DNA of 64,000 nucleotides from NCBI GenBank assembly GCA_001643675.2, contig LSRY02000031.1:434001-498000 (forward strand). The letters run 5' to 3'. The DNA is from Monocercomonoides exilis PA203 (lineage: Eukaryota; Protista; Preaxostyla). The translations under genes were made by a program, and so were the position numbers. How positions within the stretch are numbered: position 1 is the first letter of the stretch; every line of letters starts with the position of its first letter. The notes below the pieces were generated by a model. It searched no databases. It saw nothing but the letters and a program-made list of their open reading frames with translations, and was not told the DNA's origin. Positions 13,091 through 27,798 of this stretch are shown piece after piece.

Positions 13091-15236
13091 CAGTCTGTCC
13101 CAAAAAAATGTTGATCTGTCCTTTTTTAATGTTGAGCATCCCTCAATAAATAAAAATTATATTTCCCACATTCGCCTTTCGTCATAATTAACATTTTCAC
13201 AACATGGAAAATATTCAACTGTTGGATGCTAGAACGTTCGAAAAGAAAAAGAAAATAATTGAATCAGTTCCAAACATTTCAGAGTTTAGAGTTTGTGCAG
13301 TTTCTTTTCCTGTTATTCATCCTTTAGAAGAACGCATTCATCAAACTATAAAAATGAGAGCAGCAATGAGAGCTGAGGAAGAAAGAAGAAAGAAAATAGA
13401 AGATCTGAGAAATGTTGGAATTCATGAGAATCAAAAAATGAAAAATCATTATACAAATGCAACTAATGAGAAAAGAAGGAAATTATCTAATCTTTTTCAA
13501 ATCCATGGGCAGGAGAAGAGCGAAACATGGTACGCGAATGAGTGCACATTAACAACAATTACTACAGCTAGGTACTTATCGAAATTAAAGGTGGGAATGG
13601 ACATTACACTTCCATTGCATCAAAAAGGCAGAAAGAAAAAGGTCGAAAACGAACAATATCAATCAGTTGTTCGCGAAAAAATGAAGCAGAATCCTTTAAA
13701 CACAGTGAGGAAAATAGCATCAGAATTGTCTAATCATGGAAGCCCGATTGGAAAATCAACTATTTACAGTATTCTTACAGAAAAAAATAAAGAGACCCAA
13801 AAATATCCAATCTTTTCCTTCAAAAGAATAACAAAGAGAGAAGCAGCGGCAAATACTGAAGAAAACAAAATACTCCGAATAAAATTTATTGAAAAACTCA
13901 ACGAATATCAAATGGATGGTGCAATGATATTTTGTATCGACGAAACATCTTGGAATGTGGAATGCGTCAGAAAATATGGATGATCCCCAGTTGGAAAAAA
14001 AGTTCTTATTCCTCCTCCCCCCGTTCATCAGTCCCTAACGGCAATCACATCCATATCCCAATCAAGAATGGGATATTCCGAAGTTATTAGAGGATCAATA
14101 AGCCATGAAATCTTTGAGGCATTCATCAAAAGATTTTTGCTATCAATTAAAGTCCATGGATCATCTGTAATTGTGATGGGCAACGCTTCAATACATCATC
14201 TTAACACAGACGCAATAATTACGGAAGCCTGCCACCATGTGCTATACAATGCAGCTTATTCACCAATACTAAATCCAATAGAAAACGTTTTTGGTTTTTG
14301 GAAAAAAAGAGCTGAAGAAAGCTCTTATATCTGGAAAGGAGAAAACCATTTTATTTCCGTGCTAATCGAGACCTTCAAAGATATTACAGTAAGAGAAGTG
14401 CGAAGAACCATTGCTAATGTGGAGAATGAAATATGGCCAATGGTTTTGGAAAAGAAAGACCTTTAATCTTAACGTTACACTTATTTATTCATACCTCATT
14501 TATGTACGAAAGAATGATTTAATTAAAGTTTATATATATTGTTTTTATATCTCAAATCATTTTATTAATATTTCTTTTATTTTAATCAAAGATCTTTATC
14601 AATAGCAAAGTTAATTAGCTTGTTTGTTCTATATTATCTTATTTTTTTTCAAAAGGAAGTGAAAAATACTTAAACATTCACATATATTAATGTCATAAAA
14701 GGCTATTAACCAAAAAGAATAAAAATAATGAACAGTTTATTCAAAAGAAAATTATAAATAGTTTTGAAAATTGTTTTTTAAAACAAAGATTCAAATTTAC
14801 ATTCAGTTTTAAAGTATTTGCATAGTTTTCATTTTTTTATGAGATTTCTGAATGCTTTATTCATTATTTGTGAATAATATATTCAAAAGGTTTTCCTGAA
14901 TTAACATTTTGAAAGATTGAAATTTTCATTCAAATGAATCAAAATATTACTCAAAAAAATGTGAGTTGGTTATTGATACACAAAAAAACTAAAAAAACAA
15001 CAAAAATGATAAAGCTGAATAAATAATATATTGAAATCAAACATTTCTTGATATATTCAAAGAAAAATACAAAAAAAACTCAATAAATCTTGCTTTTATT
15101 CTCGAAACGGTGTAAAACCCCTTAGTAATAAAATGTTAATTATGACGAAAGGCGAATGTGGGAAATATAATTTTTATTTATTGAGGGATGCTCAACATTA
15201 AAAAAGGACAGATCAACATTTTTTTGGGACAGACTG
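13091..15236 (+). mobile_element. IS630/Tc1-superfamily DNA transposon, 2146 bp, 107-bp TIRs, TA target duplication
   Basis: TIRs at 13091..13197 and 15130..15236 (CAGTCTGTCCC...), with TA on both sides; internal DDE transposase. Confidence 0.95.
13204..14466 (+). pseudogene. Inactivated DD33E transposase
   Basis: HTH region (TVRKIASEL...GKSTIYSIL), IFCIDETS and YSPILNPIE motifs. An in-frame TGA at 13981..13983 sits where the YGW-SP motif expects Trp, and the second catalytic Asp is Gly (VMGNASIH). Confidence 0.88.
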
Positions 15237-15278
15237 TATTAGTTATTTTAAATGAAATATTATTCTTTCATTTATTGC

Positions 15279-16311
15279 TTATTGGGTTATTTAAAAACCC
15301 GTATTTTTTTAAATTTCATATTTCTCTACGAGTTTCAAAAATAAAATTATGATAATTTACACTGTTACGCACCGACATATAACACATCGAACCATATGCA
15401 AAATTTTAATAACAGTGTTGTATAATTTTTGAAATATATAATTTTTATTTTTGAAAATCCGACTTTTGATTAATTTTTCTATTTAAATAAAACAATTCAG
15501 TTCATCTTTAAAACATGCAACTTATTTTTTCTATGATATATACAATTCTGGTTATTTTTTGTATTAAAAAACTTGCATTTTTTTATGGAATGAAAATCTA
15601 TCATTTTTGAAAAAACATTGTCAATGGGACAATTTAAAAAAATATTTTTCATTGAACACAGAAGTATCCAACTGAAACCAACACTTGTAGTTATAAATAT
15701 TATAGTTATTTAAAATTACGACCAAAATATTATTTAAAAAGATTCAGTAGGTATTTCATAAAAGAAATTTTTTTTCATTTTTGGTGATTATTTGTGATGA
15801 ATAACATTTAAATGCGAATAATGTTTATATATTTGAATGGATAGTAATTCATTTTAAATAACAACGAAATGGTTATTTAATATTATCGTCACATTATTTG
15901 GTACAACAGTTAATTTTAGCTAGATGTTCCAGCATTTGATGGAAAATACTTTTTAAGTTGGACCATAATCATTAATTTTTCAAAAATGATAGATTTTCAT
16001 TCCATAAAAAAATGCAAGTTTTTTAATACAAAAAATAACCAGAATTGTATATATCATAGAAAAAATAAGTTGCATGTTTTAAAGATGAACTGAATTGTTT
16101 TATTTAAATAGAAAAATTAATCAAAAGTCGGATTTTCAAAAATAAAAATTATATATTTCAAAAATTATACAACACTGTTATTAAAATTTTGCATATGGTT
16201 CGATGTGTTATATGTCGGTGCGTAACAGTGTAAATTATCATAATTTTATTTTTGAAACTCGTAGAGAAATATGAAATTTAAAAAAATACGGGTTTTTAAA
16301 TAACCCAATAA
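15279..16311. mobile_element. Foldback element A: 336-bp inverted arms (15279..15614 and 15976..16311), 361-bp spacer, non-coding
   Basis: The arms read as reverse complements of each other (ttattgggttatttaaaaacccg... / ...cgggtttttaaataacccaataa). The repeat is observed; mobility is inferred. Confidence 0.8.
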
Positions 16312-17295
16312 TCTTTTTTTAAAAATTGTTTTTTTCCTTCAATATTCAAAATGAAACTTTTTTTTAATAGTTCCAAGTTCTGTATTTAACTTTTTTTATA
16401 ATATTTGCTATTCATTTTTTTTTAAAAAAAAAGTGTTTGTTTTGGAGAATGGAAATTATCTAATGATTAATGAAGATTTTCTCTTTGAAAAATCATCGTT
16501 AATGCATTTTCTAAGTGGGAGAATGTGATTCACATCGAAACATACATCATTTTGGTGATTATTTTTATAATCATATTTTTTCTATTGAAATTTCGGTTCG
16601 AAGATTTGTATTGAATTTTAAATAATGAATGCTGAAAAGAAATTATACAACTGATTGATTGAATAATCATGAATTCATCTTGAATAGTTTTTTTTGATAC
16701 AATATGAAGCCTTTGACTTTTTAGTGAAAAAAAAATCATACGAAAAAATAAAAACCTTTTAAAAATTTTCACTTTAAAATAAGTTATGATTTCAAAAATA
16801 ATCACCCACATAATTTAATAATTTCATCCCTTTCTAACATTCAAACAAAAATAAATCTGTTTAAAAAAAAATAAAAAGAAAACACTCTGGAGAATAAATG
16901 TTGAATAATGATAAGGACATAACATGAATGATGAAAAATCTTGAAACAAAATATAATTCACTTTTTCTTATTTTTTTTTTTTTTTTTTTTTTTATTGATT
17001 TATTTCTTTTTCTTTTTTTTTTTCTCTTAAAAATTCTTTATTTCTTATTTTTTTTCAAACAGCAATTATTGTTCACATTACACCAAAATACCTTCATTTT
17101 CTAACCATTTTCAAAGACTTGTTTCTTGAATGAAAGTCATTTTTCATTCAAGAATCGCAATTTTCAAATTGAATAAATTATTTGTTCATTTACATAAATT
17201 TTGATAAAGATTCGAATTTTTTTTGTTATTCCATCAAATATTGTTGTTCCATCATTTGGATTTAAAAAATACGATCATCGCATTTTCTCAGTTAA

Positions 17296-20200
17296 ATGGC
17301 ATCTGCTTCTGAGCAATTGCGATTCTCAAAGCCTTTAACAAAAAATGCGATTTCCCTAGTCCATGATCTTCAGTCCATTCAGCGTATGGACGGTGAGACA
17401 ACATTTCATATTGGATATGAAGCTTTTCAACGTTTAGAAGAACTTGATCATCGTTTTTCAAAATTTGAACAATTACTCTTTTCTGATTCATTTCAACTAC
17501 CCCAGAGAGAACTTTTAACAGAAGCAGAAAATCATGAGATCAATTCTTCTTTACGTGATTTTCTAGTTTTGTTATCTCCTCATTTACAAAATCATGTTGC
17601 ACTTCAAATGTTGGAATACTTAATTAACGTTTATACCATCAATCAAGCCATGCCATTGGATCTATTTTTATGCATCTTTCCATTTTTCAAGGAAAAGTTT
17701 TTTAGTTCAGTTCTTTCTTCTTTGAATCTTAAAGATTATCCACAAATATCGGGATTAAAAAAATTGTTACCTTTGACGCACACAAAATTACATTCATTCA
17801 CATTGGCCCAACCAAATTTCTTTTCATTCTTATGTGATACGATCATTTCACACATTAAACAAAAATTCATCTGTCTTCCTCTACTTTCATTATTGATCTC
17901 ATTAATTACAGAAATCAGTGCGTCATCCACAGAACTTCACGAATCAAGACTTAGACTTGTTTTGCCAGTTATTTCTGCATGTTTGCATACAAAAAGTGAT
18001 GCAATTGTTACTTGCAGCACAGACTCTTCTGCAGCATCTTCCCTTACAAAAAGAGAAGTACTGTCCGAATGTGCACTTTACATATGCGTGGTGGTTGCTT
18101 CTTCTTCAACGCTTTCGATTAAAGCAACACTTGCACTGCTGAAGGAGCTTGCAGCATCATTGGAGCGAGAATGGGAATATCGTCTGCATGTCAGAGAAGA
18201 AAAAAGAAGAGAAAAAGAATCTGACGAAGAGGAAGAGTTTGATTGCTTTTTGAGCCCAGGAACGGAAGCAGACAGAACCAGTCTGAACGAAATGCTGAGC
18301 GGAGAGAGTAACATTTCACTTTCATCACAAACCAAACATCAGTCAGTCATGTACCACATGAAGCTTCTTTCATTAAGCAGTTCATCCTCCTTCTCCTCTT
18401 CCTCCTCATCATCATTATCTCCGTTTGCTTCAACATCTTCTTCTTCTTCTACTTCTTCAGCTTCCCCTGTTCCCGAGGCCTTCTCCTTCGGCCCGCTCAC
18501 ATACGATCTCTTCATTTCAGTCATTTCACTCCTCTATGCCACTCAGCCTGCCCTCTTCAATGCATTTTCACAGCTCTCAACGACCTGCAACAGAAAGAAG
18601 CTGTTTTCTCCTTATTTCTACAACCAGATGGCAGTCTATGCGCTTTCTCCGCTTGCTCGTTCAGAGCAGTTTTCAAAGTTTGCTTTGAAGCATTCTTTGC
18701 CCACTCCAAATACACCTCCTTCGTTTGTGTCTTCTTCTTCATCAATAACAACAACAACATCTTCTTCATCGATAATAACCTCATCTTCATTGTATTCCCT
18801 GAACGCTCAATGCATCCTCACCCCTTTCTCTCTCTTCATCCCTTCCCTCCCTCCTTCCATTGCACACGTGATTGCCGGCCACCCCCGCTTCCCTTATCTC
18901 CTCTTCCCTCATCTTGTGGCATTTCCACGCTCTCATTCATTTGTGCTGTCTTTGTTGAGCTCTTTGAGCCTCGTGTCAGATGTTGTGGAGGCTTTTCCGC
19001 CGAGTTCTGAGGGGAGAAGAGGAAAAGGAGAGAAGAAGAAGGGGAGGAGGATGGAAAATGATGAGGATGTTAAGGAAGAAGAAGAAGAAGAAGAAGAAGA
19101 AGAAGAAGAAGAAGAAGAAGAAAAGGAAGAAGATGAGGAAAAAAGTGAAAAAGATTCAAATGAAATGATACAAGAGAAGGAGATTGACACAGGAATTCTT
19201 CTATCTTTTGAGCAAGTGATGGACATCATTGCAGGAATTATCTTTGAGAGTGAGGAGTTTATTCTCAATGATAATAATAATAATAAAGCAACTAATACAT
19301 CGTCATCGTCATTACCATCATCAACCTCTTCTTCTTCTTCTTCTTCCTCTTCTCTTTCTACCTCTCTCTCACTCCACAGCCTCTCTGAGAAGGATCTAAC
19401 ACCCCCAGAGCATGTGATATATGCCACTCTCCGCTTAGTTCTCTATCTGATTGAGCAACAATTGTCAGTCTTTGGCGAAGAAGCACCTCTTTCCAGTGCA
19501 GATGAGGTTATTTCTATTGCCGAAGAAAGATATCCTGCTCTTCTGTCAGCTACATTGAGGGAGCATACGAAATATGCAGTGGAGAATGAAGGGCTGAGAG
19601 TGTTCCAGAAGAGGAAAGGGTTTGTGAAGCATATGCAGAAGGTGTTTGAAGGGAAGAAGATGTTTGCGATTGAGATTAGGAGGAGAGAGAAGGAAGAGAA
19701 GGAAGAAGGAGAGGAAGAAGGAGAAGATGAAACGAAGAAGGAAAACATACAACAAACTCCTTCGAAAATCAACAAAGATAAATTATCAAGCACATTACAA
19801 ACATCCTTTTCTTCTTCTTCTTCTTCTTCTTCTTCCTTCTTCACAGATTCCTCCTACCCTTCCTACATCTCCATTGAAGAAGCATCTCTTTCCTCTGACC
19901 CCTTTTTGCGTCTAATTGCTGTGAATTCATTTATTCCCAGTGGAATTAGCCTTATTTCATTCTACCCTTCAAATGTCGATGTGTTTGTGGCTCATTCTCT
20001 GCTTCGCTTTTTGACAAGAGAAAAAGAGAGAAAAGTGATTTTGGCGGTTTTGAAGCCGAATGGAGAAGAAGATGATGGATTAATGCTATCTTCTTCTTCT
20101 TTATCTTCTTCTTCTTCTTCTTCCTCTTCTTCTCATAGCATTCTCTCTCTCTATCAAAATTCTCCTCTTCTCCTTCGACACATCCATTTACTTTCTGTTC

Positions 20201-21720
20201 TCTTGTCATCAACTTCTTCTCTTTTGAAGAAATTACGAAGATCTGCTTTGGATTTACTGAAGAATAATTCTTCTTCTTCCTCTTCTCCTTCTTCTCTCTC
20301 CTTCCATGTTCTACTCTCCTTAAATAGGGAGTTCCAAGAGTTGTATCGTGTATGCCCAGAGCTGGTGAGGAAGGCATTGGATGATATTGTTGATGAGAAT
20401 GGGAAGGAAAAAGAGGGAGAAGAAGAAGAAGATGATGATGAGGATGAAGAAGAAGAGAAGAAAGAGGGAAAAGGAGAAAAAGAGAAAGAAAAGAAAGGAA
20501 AGCTATTGAGAATGAAAGAAGCTGTTGATAATGTCTTAAATAAGGGTTATGGAACATGGAAAAGTAGAAATAATGAAATATCAGAACAAGATGAAGAGAA
20601 GAAAGAGAAAAATGATTCAAAAATGGATGTAGAAAATGAAGAAGAAGAAGGAGAAGAAGGAAAAATGGAAGAAGAAGAAGAAGAAGAAAGAGAGATAAAA
20701 GCCGAAGAAAAGAGAATAACAAAGAAAGTGAATAATGTTTGCTTGCCTTGTCTAATAAGAAGTATTGTGGTGAAGTCATTGATGAAACACATTTTGATAT
20801 TCAAAGAGAAAGAAGGGGAAAACAAACGAAGAGAAAGAAAAACCAATGAAAATGAAGAATTAATAGAACATTCTCTTTCTCCTTCTCTTTCTCTTTCGAT
20901 TTCAGTTCTTTCTTTCTTTGTAACGATGATGAAGGCACAGAAAGAGAAATTAGGAGAGAAAGAAGTGAGGAAGATGGTGAAGAAGGAGATGATGAAGAGG
21001 AAGAAGAATAATAATAACACATTGAATATTGTTAATTCGTCGTCTTCTTCTTCTCTTTCTTCTTCTTCTTCTTTTTACCCTCCTCTTCCCATTGAAAGCT
21101 ATTCATTTGATGAGCTGATAGAGAACTGTGTGTGTCGATGTGGCAACAACAGATGGATGGATGCATTTAGTGGGATAGAAGAGTTCACAGAGTGGTATGA
21201 GAAGAGGAAGGAGGAAATGAAGGAGAAGGAGAAGGAGAAGGAGAAAGAAGAGAAAGAGAAAGAGAAAGAGAAGAAAGAAGAAGAAGAAGAAGAGAAGAAC
21301 AAATTTATTGACGAATACAACTACAAACTGATTGAAGCGTTATCCAAGCCAATCATTGAAGAAACAAACAAAGCATCTTCCTTCAAAGAAAATACATCTT
21401 CTTCTTCTTCTCTTTCTTCTTCTTCTTCTCTTTCTTCTTCTTCTTCTCTTTCTTCTTCTTCTTCTCTTTCTTCTTCTTCTTCTCTTTCTTCTTCTTCTTC
21501 TCTTTCTTCTTCTTCTTCTCTTTCTTCTTCTTCTTCTCTTTCTTCTTCTCTCTCCTCTTTCCTTCAACAATGTCCTGTTCTCTGCTTCTATTTCTCTCTT
21601 CTCTCTTCTTCTTCTTCTCCTTCTTCTCCTAATTCTAATGATATTTGCTTCAATCAATCTCCTTCTGTTTGCGTTTCTCTATCTGTATTGTCATTCATAG
21701 CTGGTTATCCAACTTCTTCT

Positions 21721-21753
<33 letters not shown>

Positions 21754-24700
21754 ACTCTTCCTCCATTGCTTTCTTCTTCTTCTCTCTTCAACCTCTGCAA
21801 ATTCCTTTTTTCTGCCATTTCTATTTCATCTTTCCCTTCTCTTTCTCCTCTTCTTCTTTCTGTCCATACGCTCAGAGGAACGAATAAAACACTGATGAAT
21901 AATAATAATAATAATAACATATCTTCTTCATTTACATCATCAATTTCTTCTTCTTCTTCTCTTTCTTCTCTTTCTTCTCTTTCTTCTCTTTCTTCTCTTT
22001 CTTCTTCTCTTTCTTCTTCTTCTATTTCATTAAACGATAACAGTAACAACAAAACCAATCAATTAACCTCTTCTCAGCTGTATCGCCTCACAACTCTGTT
22101 GCAGAAGTGGTGGAAAGAAGAAACACAAACAGTGATTGGAAAAGAGGAAAATGTTACTTCTTCTTCTTCTTCCTCTTCTTCTCTTCTCTCTTCTCTTTCT
22201 CGACTTCTCTTCGCTTCTTCAGCCATTCTCTCAGAATTCAGCAGAAACGACACACAAGGCAATATAAACACATCGTCATCATCATCTTCTTCGTCCTCAT
22301 CTGACTTCATCGTTCTTTGTTTGTTCCTCATTTCATTGCGATTAACTCATCGTGCTCATTCTATCATATCATCATCTTCTTCTGTTTCTTCTTCCTCTTC
22401 ATCTTCTTCAAAGTCTAAATCTTCTTCTTCTTCTTCTTCTTCTTCCTCCTCTTTATCTCTTCTTCTCTTCGACATCATCTCCAAGTTATGTCTCGATCCC
22501 CAAGCTCTTCAGCCCATTCGCTATTCAAAATCTTTCTTTGAAAAAGAGAAAGAAAAAGAAAAAGAGAAAGAAGAGAAAAAAGAAGGAGAAGAAAAAAAGA
22601 AGAATAAAACAAACACACAAAATCCAATGTCTTCTATTCCTCTTCTGATTGCTTTGAAGGCGCTGATGAAGTTGATACCTGTTCTTCCATCTTCTTCTTC
22701 CTCTTCTTCTCTTTCTTCCTCCTCCTCTTCTTCTCTCTCAAAGAAATCTCTTCCTCTCTCTCACACAAACTTGTGCGTATCAAATCTTCTTCTTCTCTTA
22801 TGTGACAATCCAAACAAACACTTTCTTATTCGTTCTCTTTGTTCTTCTTCTTCTTCTTCCTTCTCTTCCTTCTCTTCCTTCTCTTCCTCCTCATCCACTT
22901 CTTCTTCTCTCTCTTCTCTCTTCAATGTCCTCTTAACTGAAATGTCTTCTGCTTCCTCTTCTTCTCCCATCCAACAAGCCAACTCTCTTCAGCTTCTCTC
23001 TTCTCTTCTTCTGCAAAACAAGTCTTGTTTGTTTTCTTCTTCTTCTTCTTCATCCTCTTCTTCTTTTCTTTCTTCTTCCTCTCAATTTTCAGAGCCAAAC
23101 ACATTTTTGCTATCATTTGTGTCTCTTTTACTCCGTTCTCTCTCTTCTTCCTCCACAAATACAAGAAAGAATGCTCTTACATTCCTTCTTCCTCTCCTTC
23201 TCCAACAAAATTCTTCTTCTTCTTCTTCTTCCTCTTCCTCTTCTCTTTCTTCTCTTTCTCCTCTTCATTCCTCCATCCTCTCCCTCTCTCATCATCTTTC
23301 TTCTTCTTCCTCTGCCATCTTAAACGATCCAACAGCTGTTGGCGATGTTCTTCTTCATTCTCTTTCATCCGAAGAAGCAAAGATGATCGTGTTATGTTTG
23401 ATTGAACAAGCAAAAAGAGATCTGAAGGAAGCTTTGGATATACAACAGGAGATGAAGATGAAGAAGATGCTATCTTCTTCTTCTTCTTCTTCCTCACTTT
23501 CTTCTTCTTCTTCTCTTTTGAACCAATCAAAGGGAAATTCAAAGAATACAAACAAAACAGAAGGAAAAGAAGGAAAAGAAGGAAAAACAAAAGGAAAAGA
23601 AGAAGAATTCAATGAAAACATCAAAGAAGAAGAAGAAGAAGAAGAAAATGATGATTTCTTTGCGATTCATGAGTATAAAATGAACTATGCCTCGCAATTA
23701 ATCCGAAGAGCCACACAGCTCATATGCACATTGGAAGGTATTTACTTCAATTCCAATGGAATTATTGCGAATAACACGAATAATACGAATAAAATGATCA
23801 ACATTAGCAACATACTTAGCTCTCCAATTTCATCTTCCAATCAAAATTCTTCATTTTCTCATGAGTTTGTACCTCCTCTGATTGCAATGTGCTCATCTCT
23901 TGTTTCTTCTCTTCTCCCTCCGCTTTCAACGAACGAAGCAAAAGAGAAGAAGAAGAACGAGATTTCAAAGAAAACAGAGAAAGGAAATGTGAACATTAAC
24001 AACAAAGGCAATAAGAGTAGAAGAGAAGGAGACGATAATTATGAAGTGAATGCAAAACCATATCCATCTTCTTCTTCTTTATCTTCTTCTTCTTCTTCTT
24101 CTTCTCATAACAACACAATAATTAGCTTAATTCCATATGAAAAATCTTCATCCATTTTGAATATAAACACCCTCCTCTCTTCTGATGAATGCATTTTGCT
24201 TCTTTCTCTCTCAAGAATCCTGTCTGCCTTTTTGAGAAATTATTCTTCTTCCTCCTCCTCCTCTTCCTCTTCTCTTTCTTCTTCTCCTTTATCATCATCA
24301 CCTTCTTCTCCTTCATCTCCTTCTTCACCTTCTTCTTCTCCTTCATCTACAGACTCATTCAACCAAACAATAGCTCTTTTGCATTCTCTTGTGGCTTATC
24401 CCTTCAACTGGCTGAACGACACAATCTCTGGAAAGAACGCTCATTTGCTATATTCTTCTTCTTCTTCTTCTTCCTCTTCTTCCTCTTCCTTCTTCTCTAT
24501 CATAGAATTAGTATTCGCCTCATCCTCTCTGTTGATTTCTGAGCTGTTTTCTTTGCTTTCCTCAAAGCAGCAATCATATCTGGTGATGAATATCTTGTCA
24601 TTCCTTGTCTTTATTCAAGGTTCTAAACCATCAAATACAATTAGTTCAACTTCTTCCTCTTCTTCCTCCTTCTCTTCTTCTTCTCCTTCCTCCCCCACCT

Positions 24701-25766
24701 CCTTCTCCCTCTTCTCTTCTCTTCTTTCTTCTCTTCCTCTCTCTCTCTCTCACTTCTCTCTTGTTCTCAGCTACCCAAAAGAACATCATTTATCTTCTTC
24801 TCTTCTTCTTTCTGAAGTGTTTCCTTCTCATTTCATCCTCTTGAATGAGTTGCAAGCTCGTTTGAACTTCTGCATGATGAAGGCATCTTCTTCTTCTTTA
24901 CCTTCTTCTCTTTCTTCTTCTTCTTCCTCTCTTTCTTCTTCTTCTTCTTCTTCTCTCTCATCTGACAGAAATAACCAACTTATTCAAAATGCCAATGAAA
25001 CTCCATTTTTCTCTTTGTCTGATCTTTCTGAAGTGTTTTCTGTTCTTATTGGCTACTTCCACTTTGTGTGTGAGGCAACCTCTCATGAAATGGAGAAGAG
25101 AAGAAGAAGAAGAATTGCTATGCCTTCATCAGCATCAACTACATTATCTTCTTCTTCTTCCATTTCTTCTTCTTCAATAACTTCATCAACTTCCTCTTCT
25201 TCTCCTTCTCTTCCTCATTCAACTTCAGATGTTTTAACAGAAGCAGAACGATCAATCATAGCTAAACTGCTGAATGTTGTATTGAATTGCCTCTCTTCTG
25301 CTTCTTTGGCTGTGAAATCTTTGTCTCTTAATAGAAACGATGAACAAAGCAAAGAGAAGGAAGAAAAGGATAAAGTGAAAGAAGACAATAAAAAGAAAGG
25401 AAAAAGGAACATTGCAATGGAGAAAGACAATGAAGAAGGAAAAGGAGAAGAAAGAGAAAGAGAAAGAGAAAGAGAAGAATTTGATACTAACAACTCCAAC
25501 CAATCATTAATAGCATCATTTGATCTGAGCAGTCTTATTTGTGCAGTGAAGGACATTGCAGGCGAAGAGACATACACACTCTACACCTCTCAGACAGCTA
25601 ATGTCCTCATGGCTTCTCTTCCTCTGTTCAGTTCTTCTATTTCTTCTTCTTCTTCCTCCTCTTCTTCCTCTTCTGTTTCTATCCAAGCTCCTACTCCATT
25701 GCCTCTCTCTTCACCAATAATTTCATCAGCACATCCATCAACACGTAACTCTTCAATCTCATCTGT

Positions 25767-25808
<42 letters not shown>

Positions 25809-27749
25809 TTATTCTTCCTCTTCTTCCTCCTTCTCCCCTCAACCTTCTCTCGAGTCTCTTTCCCACAGAAATCTTCCTTCTTTCCACTTCTCCTTCTCCG
25901 ACTGCCATCTCCTTCGCTCTTCCACTCTTCGTTTTGTCTCTCTTGTTTCTCCTTTCCTTCCTCCTTCTTCTCTTCTCCCAGCCCTTCCTTCTCTCACTTT
26001 CCTCTCTGTTGTGTATTTGAAGGAATGCTACGATGAATCTTTGCCTTCTCTTTCTTCTTCTTCTTCTTCTTCTTCTTCTTCTGGCTCATCATCTTCTTCT
26101 TCTCTTTCTGAACAAATCTTATCATTGATGAAGACAAATGCAAACAGTACAATCAATCCATTATCATTAACAACAACATCATCATCTTCTTCCTCTTCCT
26201 CTTCTTCCTCTAACCATTCTCCAATAGCTGCCTCTCTTCGCCTCATCGAAGACTCCCTCTCTTCTGTCTGCCACACTCTCAACACAAAACAGAAGATGGA
26301 TTCCGAACACACTCCATTCCCATTCCATCATCTTATCTTGTCTGTTGCTGCTTCTGCATGCGTTTCTTTTGCTTCTTCTTCTTCTTCCTCTTCCTCTTCT
26401 TCTTCTTCTTCTTCTTCTTCTTCTTCTTCCTCTTCCTCTTCTTCTTCCTCTTCTCAATCACATCTCAATGGAATGACTGATTCTTTCTCTCCTCTCCCCG
26501 AAGCATATGCTGTTCCTCTGATGATTTCTCTCGTTCGCTCCATCAGCTGCGGTGCTATAGACAATGTAAAGTCATCATCATCATCATCGTTCTCTTCTTC
26601 CTCTTCTTCCTCTTCTCTTTCTTCTCCTCCTTCTTCTTCCTCTTCTCTTTCTTCTCCTCCTTCTTCTTCTCCAATAGATCCTTCATTCCAATGCCTTGCT
26701 TCTTCTCTTGGCAGAACTATCATGAGCCTTCTTATTGTTCTGGCAGAAAGAGAAGAAGTTGAAAAGGAGAAGGAAAAATTAAGAATGTTAGAAAAGCAAA
26801 AGAGGCAGAAGAAGAACAAAAAAGCAAACAAGAAAGAAGAAAGAGAAAGAGAAGAAGAGAAAACAAGAAAAACAAAAGAAAATTCTTCATCTATTTCATC
26901 AATCAAAAAATCTCTTTTCCATTTGTGCCATCAAATATCATCGTTTTTCCCTCTTTCTGTTCAAACGCTGATGGCATCATACATTCTGAGACAGATGGTG
27001 GAGATTGCTTCTGCTCCTTATAATTCTTCTTCTATTTCTTCTTCTTCTTCTTCATTTACAACTTCATCATCATCATCATCTTCCTCTTCTTCTTCATCTT
27101 CACAGAATACATCAGAAGAGAAACAAAAAAGTGATGTTTCAATCACCCATCCATTCAACAATAGCTCTGTTCAACAACAACTCCATCAACAGCATCATCA
27201 TCATCAACATCATCTTTCGTCTTCTTCCTTCATCGTTCCTCCTCTTTTAGCTGCCTCTCTGCTTTCTTCACTCTCTCTCTTCATCTCCTCCCACTTCTGC
27301 TCCACTCTATCTATTTCCTCTGCCCTCAGAGAATCGCACAAGAGGGAGGAAGAAGAGAGAGCGAAGAGAAGAGAAGAACGAATGGCACTTCAGGAGAACA
27401 TGGAGAACAAGATAGGAGAAGACGAAGAGATGATTAGAGAGCTAAGGACGAAGATGAGAAGGAAAGAGAACGAAGAAGAGGCGCTTTTGGATGAGTTTGA
27501 GTGGGAAGAAAGTGAAGAAAGAGAAGAAAACAAAGGAAATGGAATAAACAAGACACAAATTGAAGCAAAAAGGACAGGAAAAGCAGAAGTTGATAGGAAT
27601 GGAGTGAATGCAGAGCAAAAAGAGGTGCCAGCCAGATGGAGACTGAAGATGCTTGTGTCACAGCTGACTGCCCAATGCTTATTGCTCTCTTCTGCACTCT
27701 TTTCACAGGCACCTCCAAATGCCTCTTCTTCATCATCTTCTGCCTTTGC

Positions 27750-27798
<49 letters not shown>

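Noticed and set aside
13981-13983. In-frame TGA at a Trp position suggesting UGA=Trp recoding
   Set aside because: TGA terminates several intact genes here (3610, 33528, 59433) and the same ORF has a catalytic mutation, so a nonsense mutation is simpler.
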